From contig CAVPOM010000003.1 in NCBI GenBank assembly GCA_963707025.1, positions 224,001-288,000 on the forward strand: DNA of 64,000 bases, written 5' to 3'. Position numbers and translations under genes: made by a program. Of the stretch, positions 44,992 to 55,053 are shown one piece after another (position 1 is the stretch's first letter; every line of letters begins with the position of its first letter). This DNA comes from an uncultured Verrucomicrobiae bacterium. Lineage in GTDB: Bacteria > Verrucomicrobiota > Verrucomicrobiia > Limisphaerales > Palsa-1400. The notes beneath the pieces were generated by a model. It ran no database searches. It had not been told where the DNA came from and saw only the letters and a list, made by a program, of their open reading frames with translations.

Positions 44992-45351
44992 ATGAAGATT
45001 AAATTATTCTGTAGTCTGATAGTGACGGTAATCACGGTAGCGGGGCTGGCGGGGTGCGCGACCTCGCACAAGAAGGAGTACCTGGTGCATGAGTTTTGGA
45101 CTTACTCCGACGCCGGGCAGGTCACGCGCCACGAGGTGTGGTCGGAGAACCATCACGGCGGCGGGACGGCGCTGCTGGCGGATCCGGTGGCGACGCAGAT
45201 CGCCAGTTTCCACACCGATCAAGCCGGGCTGGGCGGGGCTTCGGCCTTCACGGTGGGCAACGTGCAGTCCACCGTGAGCAGCAACGCGGCGGCCATTATC
45301 TCGGCGGGCGGGACGGCGGTGGGCAACGTCATCCAGGGAGCGGTGAAGTGA
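44992..45351 (+). CDS. Lipoprotein (possible lysis/spanin-like)
   Basis: MKIK..VAGLAGC lipobox. First gene of the operon. Confidence 0.65.
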   Translation: MKIKLFCSLIVTVITVAGLAGCATSHKKEYLVHEFWTYSDAGQVTRHEVWSENHHGGGTALLADPVATQIASFHTDQAGLGGASAFTVGNVQSTVSSNAAAIISAGGTAVGNVIQGAVK

Positions 45352-45377
45352 GCCTGGGGAAGCGGGAAGCGGAAATT

Positions 45378-46316
45378 ATGCAACCACTGCTGGATGGGGT
45401 TTATGACCGGAGGATGGCGGCGGCGCTGGCCAGGGGGGCGGCGGCGGCTTACGGGGAGGACCGGGAGATGCAGGCCTGGGCGGAGCTGCAGGGGTGCGAC
45501 GGCTGCGCCATCGTCCGCGATGCCGGAACCGATACGCTGGTTTTTGTGGCGGCGGCGGGCCAGCGCGCGTTTGTCGTGTTCCGCGGCACGACCGATTTGC
45601 GCAACTGGCTCACGGATCTGGACGCGAGAATGGTGAATTGGGAATTGGGAATTGAGAATTTCAAAATTCAAAATTCAAAATTCAGAATTCACGAGGGGTT
45701 TTCGCGGGCGCTGAGGACGGTCTGGCCGGAAATTGTTGACACGCTGGGAAAGCTGGCGCCGGGGAGGCGGAACATTTATTTCACGGGGCATTCCCTGGGC
45801 GGGGCCCTGGCCATGCTCGCTTGCGCTCGCTGGCAAGAAATGCAGAGTGCAGAGTGCAGAGTGCAGAATTCTGCAGTCCCCACTCTCCACTCTCCACTTT
45901 CCGTTTGGCTTTACACTTTCGGCCAGCCGCGCGTCGGCAACGCAGCCTGGGCACGCTGGTATGACGCGCGGCTGGGGAGCCGCTCCTTCCGGGTCGTCCA
46001 TGCCGAAGACATCGTGCCGCGCGTGCCCTGGCTGCTCGGCGCTTACCGGCACGCGGGGACTGAGATTTTCTTTGATGCGCTGGGGAAGGCGCATCAGGAC
46101 TGGCCCTGGTGGAAAAAGGCGCCCTCCGACGCGGCCGGGTTGTGGCGGCAATGGCGCCGCGGCAAGCTGGCGCTGCTGGGGGACCATCATGTCAGGACCT
46201 ATGTCGGCATGCTCAATGGGAAATGCGGCATCCGCCAGGCGGAGTGCGGCGGGCAAAAGGCTGAAACTTTTTTGCGGCGGTCCCGGACTGCCGCCACGGA
46301 CCAACATGGAATTTAA
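45378..46316 (+). CDS. Class 3 lipase (alpha/beta hydrolase)
   Basis: VVFRGT, IHEGF, TGHSLGGALA, YTFGQPRVGN, DIVPRVP, YRHAG, DH. Two in-frame heptamer insertions. Confidence 0.9.
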   Translation: MQPLLDGVYDRRMAAALARGAAAAYGEDREMQAWAELQGCDGCAIVRDAGTDTLVFVAAAGQRAFVVFRGTTDLRNWLTDLDARMVNWELGIENFKIQNSKFRIHEGFSRALRTVWPEIVDTLGKLAPGRRNIYFTGHSLGGALAMLACARWQEMQSAECRVQNSAVPTLHSPLSVWLYTFGQPRVGNAAWARWYDARLGSRSFRVVHAEDIVPRVPWLLGAYRHAGTEIFFDALGKAHQDWPWWKKAPSDAAGLWRQWRRGKLALLGDHHVRTYVGMLNGKCGIRQAECGGQKAETFLRRSRTAATDQHGI

Positions 46317-46695
46317 CCCACCAGTGGAAATCGCGGCCTGGCTGGGCTGCCTGGCCTTCGGATTCATGTTGTTCAACGAGGGGTCCAAATTTGTGGACCG
46401 GATCCGGGGCAAAACGCCGCACCCGCCCAATGAGCAACTGGAGTTCAGTGTGGCCGTGATGGACCGGAGGGTGTGCAAGCTGGAGGAGGATGGCGCCAAG
46501 CGCTGGGCCAAAATGGAGGCCGACAAGACGGAGATCCTGCTGGCCGGGGAGTTGCGGGCGGAGAAGCTGCACAACCGGATCAACCCCATCGCGGAGGGAA
46601 TGGAGGGGGTGAAGGCGGCGGTGGAACTGAATAATCAACACACCGTGCTGTTAAGCGCCAAACTGGACCATTTGATGGAGACACAGAACGCATGA
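46306..46695 (+). CDS. N-terminal TM + coiled-coil protein (Mu gp25-like position)
   Basis: IAAWLGCLAFGFMLF TM segment followed by a coiled coil. Synteny with Mu late genes. Confidence 0.55.
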   Translation: MEFNPPVEIAAWLGCLAFGFMLFNEGSKFVDRIRGKTPHPPNEQLEFSVAVMDRRVCKLEEDGAKRWAKMEADKTEILLAGELRAEKLHNRINPIAEGMEGVKAAVELNNQHTVLLSAKLDHLMETQNA

Positions 46696-46822
46696 AAAGA
46701 CTTTTGCCCGCCGATCACGCAGATAAGGCGGATAGGAAACGACAAATTCACTACTATAGATTCCGCTTCCTCATCTGCAACCCTCTGCGTGATCCGCGGG
46801 CAAAAAATGCCGGACAAAAAAT

Positions 46823-47092
46823 ATGAATGCGCAACAACATGAGATTTTTCGCGAGACGATGCTGCGGGCCTTCCAGGCGGCGGCGGGCTGCGGCCTGTGC
46901 CTGGCGACGCTGGATGTGACGCTGCGGACCTGCGGGTTCAAGCGGTTCGAGGAGCAGGACATCGAGGCGGAGGTGCAGTATTTCACCGACAAGGGATTTG
47001 TGGCGGAGGTGCCCAAGTCGCACTCGCTGGGCAACCGGATTTGGCGGATCACGGCGGCGGGCGTGGATGATCTGGAGAGAAGGGGACTGTAG
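46823..47092 (+). CDS. Small winged-helix protein (Mu gp26-like)
   Basis: IEAEVQYFTDKGFV..WRITAAGVD pattern. Two genes upstream of the terminase. Confidence 0.6.
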   Translation: MNAQQHEIFRETMLRAFQAAAGCGLCLATLDVTLRTCGFKRFEEQDIEAEVQYFTDKGFVAEVPKSHSLGNRIWRITAAGVDDLERRGL

Positions 47093-47167
47093 GAAAGGCA
47101 AAATGTCCCGATTGATCGGGACAAAATGCAGAATGAAATTTGAAGTTTGGAAGAGGAGAGGTTGTGA

Positions 47168-47833
47168 ATGAAGAAGGCAAAAAAGTTCGACCGGAAACGG
47201 CTGAAGGAGATTCTGGAGTCTTACGAAGGCAGTTTGCACGCCTTCGACGAACTGCGGCCAGATTGTTACGAGCAGGAGGTGGCGGGGCATTCGCTGGAGC
47301 AATTGGATTTGCTTTACTCGGAAATTTTTGCGCCGGGGCAGAGCCTGGAGAAGGCGACCACAAAATGCCCGCCGTGGCCAAAGGGGTCGGCGCATGCCGG
47401 CCAGCCGCCTGGGGAGACGGTGTTGCGGGCAATCCACGACCGGTTCATGACGGAGCAGAGCCTGGACGTGATTCTGGCGGAGAAAGTCAGAAAGGAGCGA
47501 TTCATGAAGGCGGTAGCCCCGCTGCTTTCCAAGGAGCTGCGGCAGGAAGTGGACCGGGTGCTGAGCGAGCTGGCCCAGGAAGTAATGTCGGCCAAAATGC
47601 AGAAAATCCCCATCGCGCGACAATTGCCGTCGGTGGACCGGCTGATCAGCGGGGAAAAGCTGGCGCAGCGCGGGCGGGAGGGGAAGTTGAAGGAGAAGAG
47701 GTTCAAGCTGGAGGAGAGAAGGACGCGCGTGCTGGAGAAGAAAAGCCAGGAGACGGGAAAGCAGGGCGAAGAAGGCGGGGCGATTACAAAGGAGGGCTGG
47801 GAACAGGTGGAGAAGGATTTGAGGCTGCTATGA
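47168..47833 (+). CDS. Putative small terminase (Mu gp27-like position)
   Basis: Helical 221-aa ORF immediately before the large terminase. C-terminus GAITKEGWEQVEKDLRLL. Confidence 0.55.
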   Translation: MKKAKKFDRKRLKEILESYEGSLHAFDELRPDCYEQEVAGHSLEQLDLLYSEIFAPGQSLEKATTKCPPWPKGSAHAGQPPGETVLRAIHDRFMTEQSLDVILAEKVRKERFMKAVAPLLSKELRQEVDRVLSELAQEVMSAKMQKIPIARQLPSVDRLISGEKLAQRGREGKLKEKRFKLEERRTRVLEKKSQETGKQGEEGGAITKEGWEQVEKDLRLL

Positions 47834-47923
47834 TTGCATCCCACAAAGCGAGGATGGAGGATGGAGTGAGTCAGGGCTCGAACGGAGTCTCGCCCTACCG
47901 GAGTGGGCGGGGCGAACTGGCGG

Positions 47924-49279
47924 ATGGAAAACTACTTTTTGTCCTATCAGGCGAAGTGGCTGCGGGATGGTTCGCCGAAACGGTTGATGGAGAAATCGCG
48001 GCAGATCGGCATGAGCCTGTGCGCGGCCTATGATTTGGTGAGGAAAACTTCGCTGGCGGGGAACCAATACGATGCCTGGGTTTCGAGCAGCGATGAGTTG
48101 CAGGCGGAGTTGTTCGGGATGGATTGCGGGCGTTGGGCGCGGATTCGACACCGGGCCTGCAAGCAACAGGAACTGAGGCGGCAGGTGCTGGATGCGAAGG
48201 AGAAAATATCGGCGCACGTGCTGACGTTCAAGAACGGCCGGGCGATTTATTCGCTGTCGTCAAATCCCAACGCGCAGGCGGGCAAGCGGGGGCGGCGGGT
48301 GTTTGATGAATTTGCGCTGAACGCGGAGAACCGGCTGCTCTATGCCATCGGCCAGCCGGGGACGATGTGGGGCGGCGGGATGGACATTATCTCGACGCAC
48401 CGGGGGTCGGAGAATTTTTTCAACGAACTGGTCAATGAGGCCAGGCACAAGGGCAATCCCAAGGGCTTTTCTCTCCATCGCGTCACCCTTGAGGACGCCT
48501 GCCAACAGGGGCTGCTGGCCAAGCTGCAAGACAAATGGCGCCAGGCCAACCCGGACGACAGCCGCTTGCAATGGCGGGATGAGGATTTTCTGCAAGCCAT
48601 GCGCAATGAATGCGCCGATGAGGAGGTCTGGTTGCAGGAGTTTATGTGCGTGCCGGGGGACGATCAGGCGGCGTTTCTGTCCTATGACCTGATCGCCGGC
48701 TGCGAGTATCAGCCGGGAGATTGGGAATTGGGAATTGAAAACTTGAAATTGGCAAAAGAACTCTACACGGGCGTGGACGTTGGCCGCGACCACGACCTGA
48801 CCGTCATCTGGGTCGTCGAACGGCTGGAGGATGTTTGTTTCACACGCCGGGTGATCTGTCTGGAGCAAGCCACTTTCGACGCACAGGAGCAGGAGCTTTA
48901 TCAACTGTTGGCCCTGCCAACAGTCAGGAGAGCCTGCATTGACCAGACCGGGATCGGCCGGCAGTTCGCCGAGCGGGCCGCCCAACGCTTCGGGCGCTAC
49001 AAAGTGGAGGGGATTCAGTTTACCAGCGGGGTGCAGGAGGAGCTGGCCTACGACACGCGCCTGGCCTTTGAAAAAAAAACGGTGCGCATCCCGGCGGACA
49101 AATGGATTCGGGCCGATTTGCGCAGCATGCGCAAGGAGGCCACCGCCTCAGGCCATATCCGCTTCACCGGGGAGCGGACGCGCCACGGCCACGCCGACCG
49201 GTTTTGGGGGCTGGCCCTGGCCTTGCACGCGGCCAAAGCAGCGACGGCCGCGAACCGGATTTTTGCGCAATTGATATGA
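47924..49279 (+). CDS. Large terminase subunit, Mu gp28-like
   Basis: FLSYQAKW, EKSRQIGMS Walker A, VFDEFA Walker B, IISTHRG, GVDVGRDHDLTV, CIDQTGIG, GHADRFWGLALA. Confidence 0.92.
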   Translation: MENYFLSYQAKWLRDGSPKRLMEKSRQIGMSLCAAYDLVRKTSLAGNQYDAWVSSSDELQAELFGMDCGRWARIRHRACKQQELRRQVLDAKEKISAHVLTFKNGRAIYSLSSNPNAQAGKRGRRVFDEFALNAENRLLYAIGQPGTMWGGGMDIISTHRGSENFFNELVNEARHKGNPKGFSLHRVTLEDACQQGLLAKLQDKWRQANPDDSRLQWRDEDFLQAMRNECADEEVWLQEFMCVPGDDQAAFLSYDLIAGCEYQPGDWELGIENLKLAKELYTGVDVGRDHDLTVIWVVERLEDVCFTRRVICLEQATFDAQEQELYQLLALPTVRRACIDQTGIGRQFAERAAQRFGRYKVEGIQFTSGVQEELAYDTRLAFEKKTVRIPADKWIRADLRSMRKEATASGHIRFTGERTRHGHADRFWGLALALHAAKAATAANRIFAQLI

Positions 49280-52173
49280 AGACGATGAACTCCACCTTTC
49301 TATCCCGGCTCCATGCCGCCGCCAACTTGATTTTCAAGAGCGGGGCGCCCTTTCCCTTCAATAAGATCATGCCCTACGACGCCATGGGCGGGGAGCGGAT
49401 GTACCGGGCCTTCGAGCAGTCCACCTGGGTGATGAGAGCGATCAAGAAGATCGCCGGACCGATCGCGGCGGTGGATTTGCATTTCACGCGGGCGGGAGAA
49501 CGGTATCACCAGGCCGGGCTGGAGGCTTATTGGGAGATGCCGGGAGCGGGGCTGACGCGGACGGATTTGATCGAGGCGACGGTGGGCTGGCTCAAGCTGG
49601 AAGGGGAGGCCTTTTGGCTGCTGGATGATGCCTGGCTGGCGCCGTTTCCGGGGCAAGGAAATTTAATTGGCGGCGGTCACAGACCGCCGCTCGCGGTGGC
49701 GCGGCCGGACCGCATGCGGCATGTTGTCAAGAATGGAGAGTTGCAGGGATGGGAGTACGTGGACGGGGCGGGCCGGCGGGCGCTGCTCCTGCCCGAACAG
49801 GTCATCCAGTTGAAGCTGTGGAATCCTTACAACGACTGGCGCGGCATGGCGGAGTTGAAGCCGTGCCGGGACGCGGCGGAGGCGGATTACCTGGCGGGGA
49901 AGTTCAATTTAAACCTGATGCGCAACAACGGGGACCAGGGGGTCTATGTCATCGCCAAGGACGGGCTGCCGGTGGACGGGCAGCGCCAACAAATTGTGGA
50001 CCAGATCCGGGAGAAGCGGGAGCTGGCCCAGCGCGGGGTGTTCAAGCCGGTGTTTCTGGACGGAAACGTCACGATCGAGGACCCGAAGATCCGGGTGCCG
50101 GACGGGGATTTCATCGCCTCGCGGCTGCAGAACCGGCATGAGGTGTTTATCGCCATGGGTGTGCCGGCTTCGATGGCGGATGTCAAGGCCAGTTACTCCA
50201 TCGGCTCGGCCTCGGACTGGTTCATGCTCATCGCCGAGACGTGCATCCCGCTGGGGGAGAAAATCTGCCAGGGGATCAACCAGGTGTTGCGGCGCCAGGG
50301 GGCGGCGCAGGTCAGGGCCTCGCTCAATTGGGACGAGCATCCGGTCATCCAGGCCGTGCGCCGGGAACGGGCCGACACGGCGGCCAAGTATTTTGCCATG
50401 GGCGTGCCGCTCCAGGCGCTCAATGATTATCTGGACCTGGAGCTGCCGGCCTGCCCGGGTTGGGAAAAGGCGTATGTGCCGGCCAAGCTGGCGGAGATCA
50501 GCCAGGAGGCGGCGCCGGCGGCCGCCGTGACGGTGGATGACATGGATGACACGGTCGGCCTGATGCGGCAAGCCCTCAGCCCCGCCAACAGGATCAAACG
50601 GGCTTTTAACGCAAAGGCGCACAGGCGCGAAGACGCAAAGACGGAAGAGGACGGGAATGGCGGATTGGGATTAGGATCAAGATTAGGATTAAGATTAGCA
50701 GGCCAAGAGGGAGCAAGTCAGCGCGCGACGCCCTCCTGCGCTGAAGCTTCCTCCTTCACCGGGCCTGCGCAGGACGGGACGGAGGGCAGGGAGTCCCGCC
50801 CTGCCGACGGGGAGACGGCCGGAGTGCGCCCGTCCCCGGGCGCAGCCACTTTCGGACTTGCACCCCGCCCGGCCAATCCCGCAACCGCCGGGTCTTTGCG
50901 GCCGGCTGCGCCCGGGGACGGGCGCACTCCTTTGCTGATGAAGGGGTTCGTCCCGCGCTTTAACCGGGAGTTGATGAAGGCGCGCACGGAAACGCTGCGG
51001 CGGCTGGAGGGGAACGGGACTTTTGTATTTGACACGGCGGGGTTTGCGCGCGGACTGGCCACGGGACTGCGGCCGGTGGCGCAGGCGGCGTTGCAGGACA
51101 TGCAAAATGAGGACGAGCGGATCCTCTGCTTGGACAGGCGGGAAATGGTCTGGCGGGCGGAGGCGGAACGGATTGGACGGGAGATCGAGACGGCGGCGGG
51201 CCAGGCGGAGGGAGGCGGGCAGGCGGACGCGGTGCGGGCCAAGTTTAATGAGATCGCCAAACGCCGCGCCCCGGAGCTGGCGCGGGAGGAAATGGAGGCG
51301 CTCCACTGCGGATTAGGATTAGGATTAGGATTAGGATTAGGATTAAGATTAGGAGGGGAAGAGGGATCGAGTCAGGGCGCGACGGAGTCTCGCCCTACCG
51401 TCGGCGCGGGCGAAGCCGCTGCTGTTATTCCGGCCTGCGGCGGGCAGGGGACTGCCCGCCCTGCCGTGAAAGGAATGGGGGTGGCGCCGCTGCGGCGGCT
51501 GCTCCATCCGGAGGTCAGGGTGGTGGACGCGCGCCGGGGGATCGTGGATTATATCGCGTCGGATGAAAGTATTGACAGTTACAAGGAGGTCATCCGGGCG
51601 GCGGGCTGGCGCTTCACCCATTTTGCCCGGAATGCGCCCTTCGTGGATTCGCACGATTATTCCAGCATCGAGAAATGCCTGGGCAAGGTGATTGATTTCC
51701 GGGTGGACGGCGCGCGGCTGATCGAACGGGTGCAGTGGGCCATAGATGTGCCGGAGAACAAGCTGGCCCAGATCGGCTGGAAGATGACGGAGGCGGGCTA
51801 CCTCAAGGCGGTCAGCCTGGGGTTTTTTCCTGTCAAGTATGTCACGGCGGGCGCGGGGGAGGAATGGACCCGGCAGTTGCGGGAGCTGGGGTTGCCCGCC
51901 GACGCGCCCGTGCGCACCATTTACACCGAGCAGGAACAGGTCGAGCTGTCCTGCTGCGTGGTCGGGTCCAATCCCAACGCCCTGGCCAAGGCCTGGCAGG
52001 CGGGGGCCATCAGCGACGCGGACATCGCAACACTTTCCTTGGAATACTCACCCCGTGAAAACGGCCGCGCGGCCGACTGTCCTGCTCCCGCCGCGCCGGC
52101 CCCGGGGCAGGCACGGGCGAGGTTTTTGGAGGAATTGCACAAAGCAATGAAAACAGAAGAACAGAAATTATGA
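49276..52173 (+). CDS. Portal protein fused through a repeat-filled, MuF-remnant linker to an HK97-type prohead protease (protease from ~51475)
   Basis: WLKLEGEAFW, RPDRM, PEQVIQLKLWNPYNDWRG, VFIAMGVP portal motifs. IASDESIDSYKEVI..DSHD..AVSLGF..ELSCCVVGSNPNAL protease motifs. Confidence 0.85.
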   Translation: MKTMNSTFLSRLHAAANLIFKSGAPFPFNKIMPYDAMGGERMYRAFEQSTWVMRAIKKIAGPIAAVDLHFTRAGERYHQAGLEAYWEMPGAGLTRTDLIEATVGWLKLEGEAFWLLDDAWLAPFPGQGNLIGGGHRPPLAVARPDRMRHVVKNGELQGWEYVDGAGRRALLLPEQVIQLKLWNPYNDWRGMAELKPCRDAAEADYLAGKFNLNLMRNNGDQGVYVIAKDGLPVDGQRQQIVDQIREKRELAQRGVFKPVFLDGNVTIEDPKIRVPDGDFIASRLQNRHEVFIAMGVPASMADVKASYSIGSASDWFMLIAETCIPLGEKICQGINQVLRRQGAAQVRASLNWDEHPVIQAVRRERADTAAKYFAMGVPLQALNDYLDLELPACPGWEKAYVPAKLAEISQEAAPAAAVTVDDMDDTVGLMRQALSPANRIKRAFNAKAHRREDAKTEEDGNGGLGLGSRLGLRLAGQEGASQRATPSCAEASSFTGPAQDGTEGRESRPADGETAGVRPSPGAATFGLAPRPANPATAGSLRPAAPGDGRTPLLMKGFVPRFNRELMKARTETLRRLEGNGTFVFDTAGFARGLATGLRPVAQAALQDMQNEDERILCLDRREMVWRAEAERIGREIETAAGQAEGGGQADAVRAKFNEIAKRRAPELAREEMEALHCGLGLGLGLGLGLRLGGEEGSSQGATESRPTVGAGEAAAVIPACGGQGTARPAVKGMGVAPLRRLLHPEVRVVDARRGIVDYIASDESIDSYKEVIRAAGWRFTHFARNAPFVDSHDYSSIEKCLGKVIDFRVDGARLIERVQWAIDVPENKLAQIGWKMTEAGYLKAVSLGFFPVKYVTAGAGEEWTRQLRELGLPADAPVRTIYTEQEQVELSCCVVGSNPNALAKAWQAGAISDADIATLSLEYSPRENGRAADCPAPAAPAPGQARARFLEELHKAMKTEEQKL

Positions 52174-53433
52174 AGACGTTAAGTGAAGATCAATTCCAGG
52201 AGACAGTCCTGCGGGGAGTCAACGCGGTGGGGGAGAAATTCGAGGCGGTGGAACGCAACCAGGAGACGCTGCTGCGCAATTACGACCAGTTGGGCCGGGA
52301 AACCAAGCAAACCATGGAGGAGCTGACGCGGCTGAAGAACACGGCCAACGACCGCGCCCAGATTCTGAGCGCGGTGCAGAAGCTGCAACTGCAACTGCGG
52401 GCCGAAGCGGTCGCCGCCGGGATGGACCCGATCCAGCGCATCGTCAACGACCCGGAAAAAAGGGCGCGGCTGAACCTGGCGGTGCGCCTGGCGGTGGACC
52501 GGAACGGGGACCTGCGGCCGGCGATTGAACCGCTGGCCCGGGCCATCGGGGAGGACACCGGGGAAGGGGCGACCCTGATCATCGCGCAGTTGTTCAAGGA
52601 AATCTACGACACGCTGGCCCAGTACCGGGGACTGGAGCACGCTGGGGGTCAGGCGGCTGGGAACCAAGGTGACCAACTTCCCGGTCAAGACGGCCCGGGT
52701 GGTGGCGCAATGGCTGACCACCGAGGCGGTGGCCATCCCGGACGACACCAACGAGGCCGGTTCGACCATGACGCTGACCGTGCTGCCCAACGCGGTGCTG
52801 CTCAACGTCAGCCGGCAGTTGATCGAGGACGCGGAGTTCGACGTGACCACGGTGGTGATGGAGGACTTCCAGGAGGCCTGGAACCTGCGGCTGGACACGG
52901 CGGCCTTCACGGGCAACGGCACGGGCGACGGGAACAACGGCGGCTTCACCGGGCTGTTCAACGCCGGCAACAAGGCGGTGGCGGCGCAGGGGAACACGAC
53001 GGTGGCGGCGCTGGATTTCGACGACGTGACCCGCTGCCTGACGTCGGTGGCACCGGTGGTGTTGAAACGCAAGCCGCGCTGGTGGCTGCACCCGCAGATG
53101 CTGGTGCGGTTGATGGGGATCAAGGACAACAACGGCCGGCCGATTTTCCTGGGGGCGCTGGAGGCGCCCAGTTACGGGGCCATCGGCACCATCCTGGGCT
53201 ACCCGGTGACGGCGGTGATGGCGGCGCCCAACACCGACGCGGCCGGCCAACTGGTCGCCGCCTTCGGGGACCGGAACGGCCAGGTGGTGGGGGTGCGGGA
53301 CGACTTCGTGTTTGAATCGTCGGATCATTACCGGTGGAACACGCTGGAGCGGTCCTTCCGGGCCTACGGCCGGGCGGCCACAGGCTGCCGCCAGGCCAAC
53401 GCGTTTGCGATTTTGCAGACGGCGGCAAGGTAA
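52170..53433 (+). CDS. HK97-fold major capsid protein; +1 frameshift at ~52626
   Basis: N-terminal coiled-coil delta domain. VSRQLIEDA, FTGNGT, WWLHP..LMGIKDNNGRPIF, TILGYPV, AFGD. Removing one C restores QYGDWSTLGVRR. Confidence 0.88.
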
Positions 53434-53571
53434 GACCAAATGCCGAATGCAAAATGAGGAATGCAAAATGAAGAATGAACCGCGGATAAACACGGACAGA
53501 CACGGATAGATCCGCGTTCATCCGCGTCCATCTGCGGTTCTCAAATAAAGATCAAGATTAAGATTAAGATT

Positions 53572-54066
53572 ATGAAAAAGATATTGTTGACAATGATGGG
53601 GATGGCGGCGGCGGGCGCGGCCTGGGGGCAGGAGTATGCGAGCCTGCCCATCACCTACACGCCGCCGGGCACGACGAACACGGGGACGGCGCTGACCAAC
53701 GCGGTGCCGGCCAACGCCACCAACGCGGTGCTGAGCGATCCGATTGGACTGACGAGGTACGACAGTTGCGCCATCCAATGGGAGTTCAACGCCCTGAGCA
53801 ACGCCGCGCCGCTGGGCTGCACCAATTATCTGACGTTCGGGGCCTCGTCGGACGGGTTGGTCTTCACCCCGACGAACGCGCCGTTTCTGACGCTGACGGT
53901 GGTGATCCCGCCGACGGCGACCAACGGGGTGCTGGTGACCAATCTGTCCGGCACGCTGCTGGGAAGCATCGGCTACCTGCAGTTGCAGACCATGGCCTGC
54001 CAGGGGACGAACACCACCACCAACCATAGCGTGCTGATTTGGCGCAAGCCAAAGCGGAACGGGTAG
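53572..54066 (+). CDS. Signal-peptide-bearing beta-rich protein in the head-decoration position
   Basis: MKKILLTMMGMAAAGAAWG-Q. T/N-rich. Directly after the capsid gene. Confidence 0.65.
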   Translation: MKKILLTMMGMAAAGAAWGQEYASLPITYTPPGTTNTGTALTNAVPANATNAVLSDPIGLTRYDSCAIQWEFNALSNAAPLGCTNYLTFGASSDGLVFTPTNAPFLTLTVVIPPTATNGVLVTNLSGTLLGSIGYLQLQTMACQGTNTTTNHSVLIWRKPKRNG

Positions 54067-54296
54067 GCCAGGGCGGATGGCGGATTGGGAGAAACAGGGA
54101 AGGGCGGCGGGGTTGGCGAGCCCCGCCGCCTGAGGGGGCTGAGATTAGGATTAAGATTAAGATTAAGATTAGGATTAACAGCAGGAGCGGGAGGCGTGAG
54201 GACGACAAGAACAAACGGAGTATGGGAGTGTAGGAGTATTGGGATCCGGAATCCCATCACTCCACCGCTCCACCACTCCATGACTCCATTCAGACG

Positions 54297-54941
54297 ATGA
54301 ATATTGGACTGGGAAATTTGACGGAGTTGAAGGGGCAGTTGCTGGCGGCGTCGCTGCGGAGCGACACGAATTATGACGCGGTGATCAGCGGGATCGGGCT
54401 GGGAGTGGCCAATTTGTTCGATCAGTACTGCAACCGGACGCTGTGCCGGACGGTGGGCAAGGTGGACACTTTCTCGGCGGACCGGCGGCACTGGTATCTG
54501 AATTGCTTCCCGGTGGAGACGATCACGGCGCTGGCGAAAAAGGACGATGAGACCGACGGGTTCGTGGCCTCCCCGCTGCCGCCGGCGCCGGGCTCGCTCA
54601 TCCAGGCGATGCAGCCGGACCAGGGCTACATCATGTTTATCTCGATCCAGGGCTATTACTGGTCGCGCATCCAGGTGACTTACACAGGCGGATTTTGGTT
54701 TCCGATGTTGGAGCCGGCCGATGCGGGCTACCCGGACACGATGCCGGCGACGGCCCATCCGCTGCCGGCGGCGGTGAAGTCGGCGTGGTATTTGCAGTGC
54801 CAGCAGGTGTGGAAGCGGATTGACAAGCTGGGGGCGCAGATCGCGCAAAACCCGGAGGGGCAGACGGCCCTGAGCGGGATCGGGCTGATCCCGCTGGCGG
54901 AGGAGCTGCTGCGGCCGTTCCAGAGGATGCAAATGACATGA
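54297..54941 (+). CDS. Head-tail connector protein (gp6/gp8-like)
   Basis: LTELKGQL..FDQYCNR..FPV..IQVTYTGG..LPAAVKSA..ELLRPFQR. Confidence 0.75.
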   Translation: MNIGLGNLTELKGQLLAASLRSDTNYDAVISGIGLGVANLFDQYCNRTLCRTVGKVDTFSADRRHWYLNCFPVETITALAKKDDETDGFVASPLPPAPGSLIQAMQPDQGYIMFISIQGYYWSRIQVTYTGGFWFPMLEPADAGYPDTMPATAHPLPAAVKSAWYLQCQQVWKRIDKLGAQIAQNPEGQTALSGIGLIPLAEELLRPFQRMQMT

Positions 54942-55053
54942 GGAAGAAAGCGAAGAGTGACTAGTGAACAGTGAACAGTGGACAGTGGAAAGTGACCAGT
55001 GAACAGAATTTTAGAGCTAATCACTAACCACTAATCACTGACCACTAAAAACT

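Noticed and set aside
51310..54180. (GGATTA)n tracts as telomere-like or CRISPR repeats
   Set aside because: Short degenerate hexamer microsatellites with no spacers and no cas genes. The same family occurs at 29341-29375.
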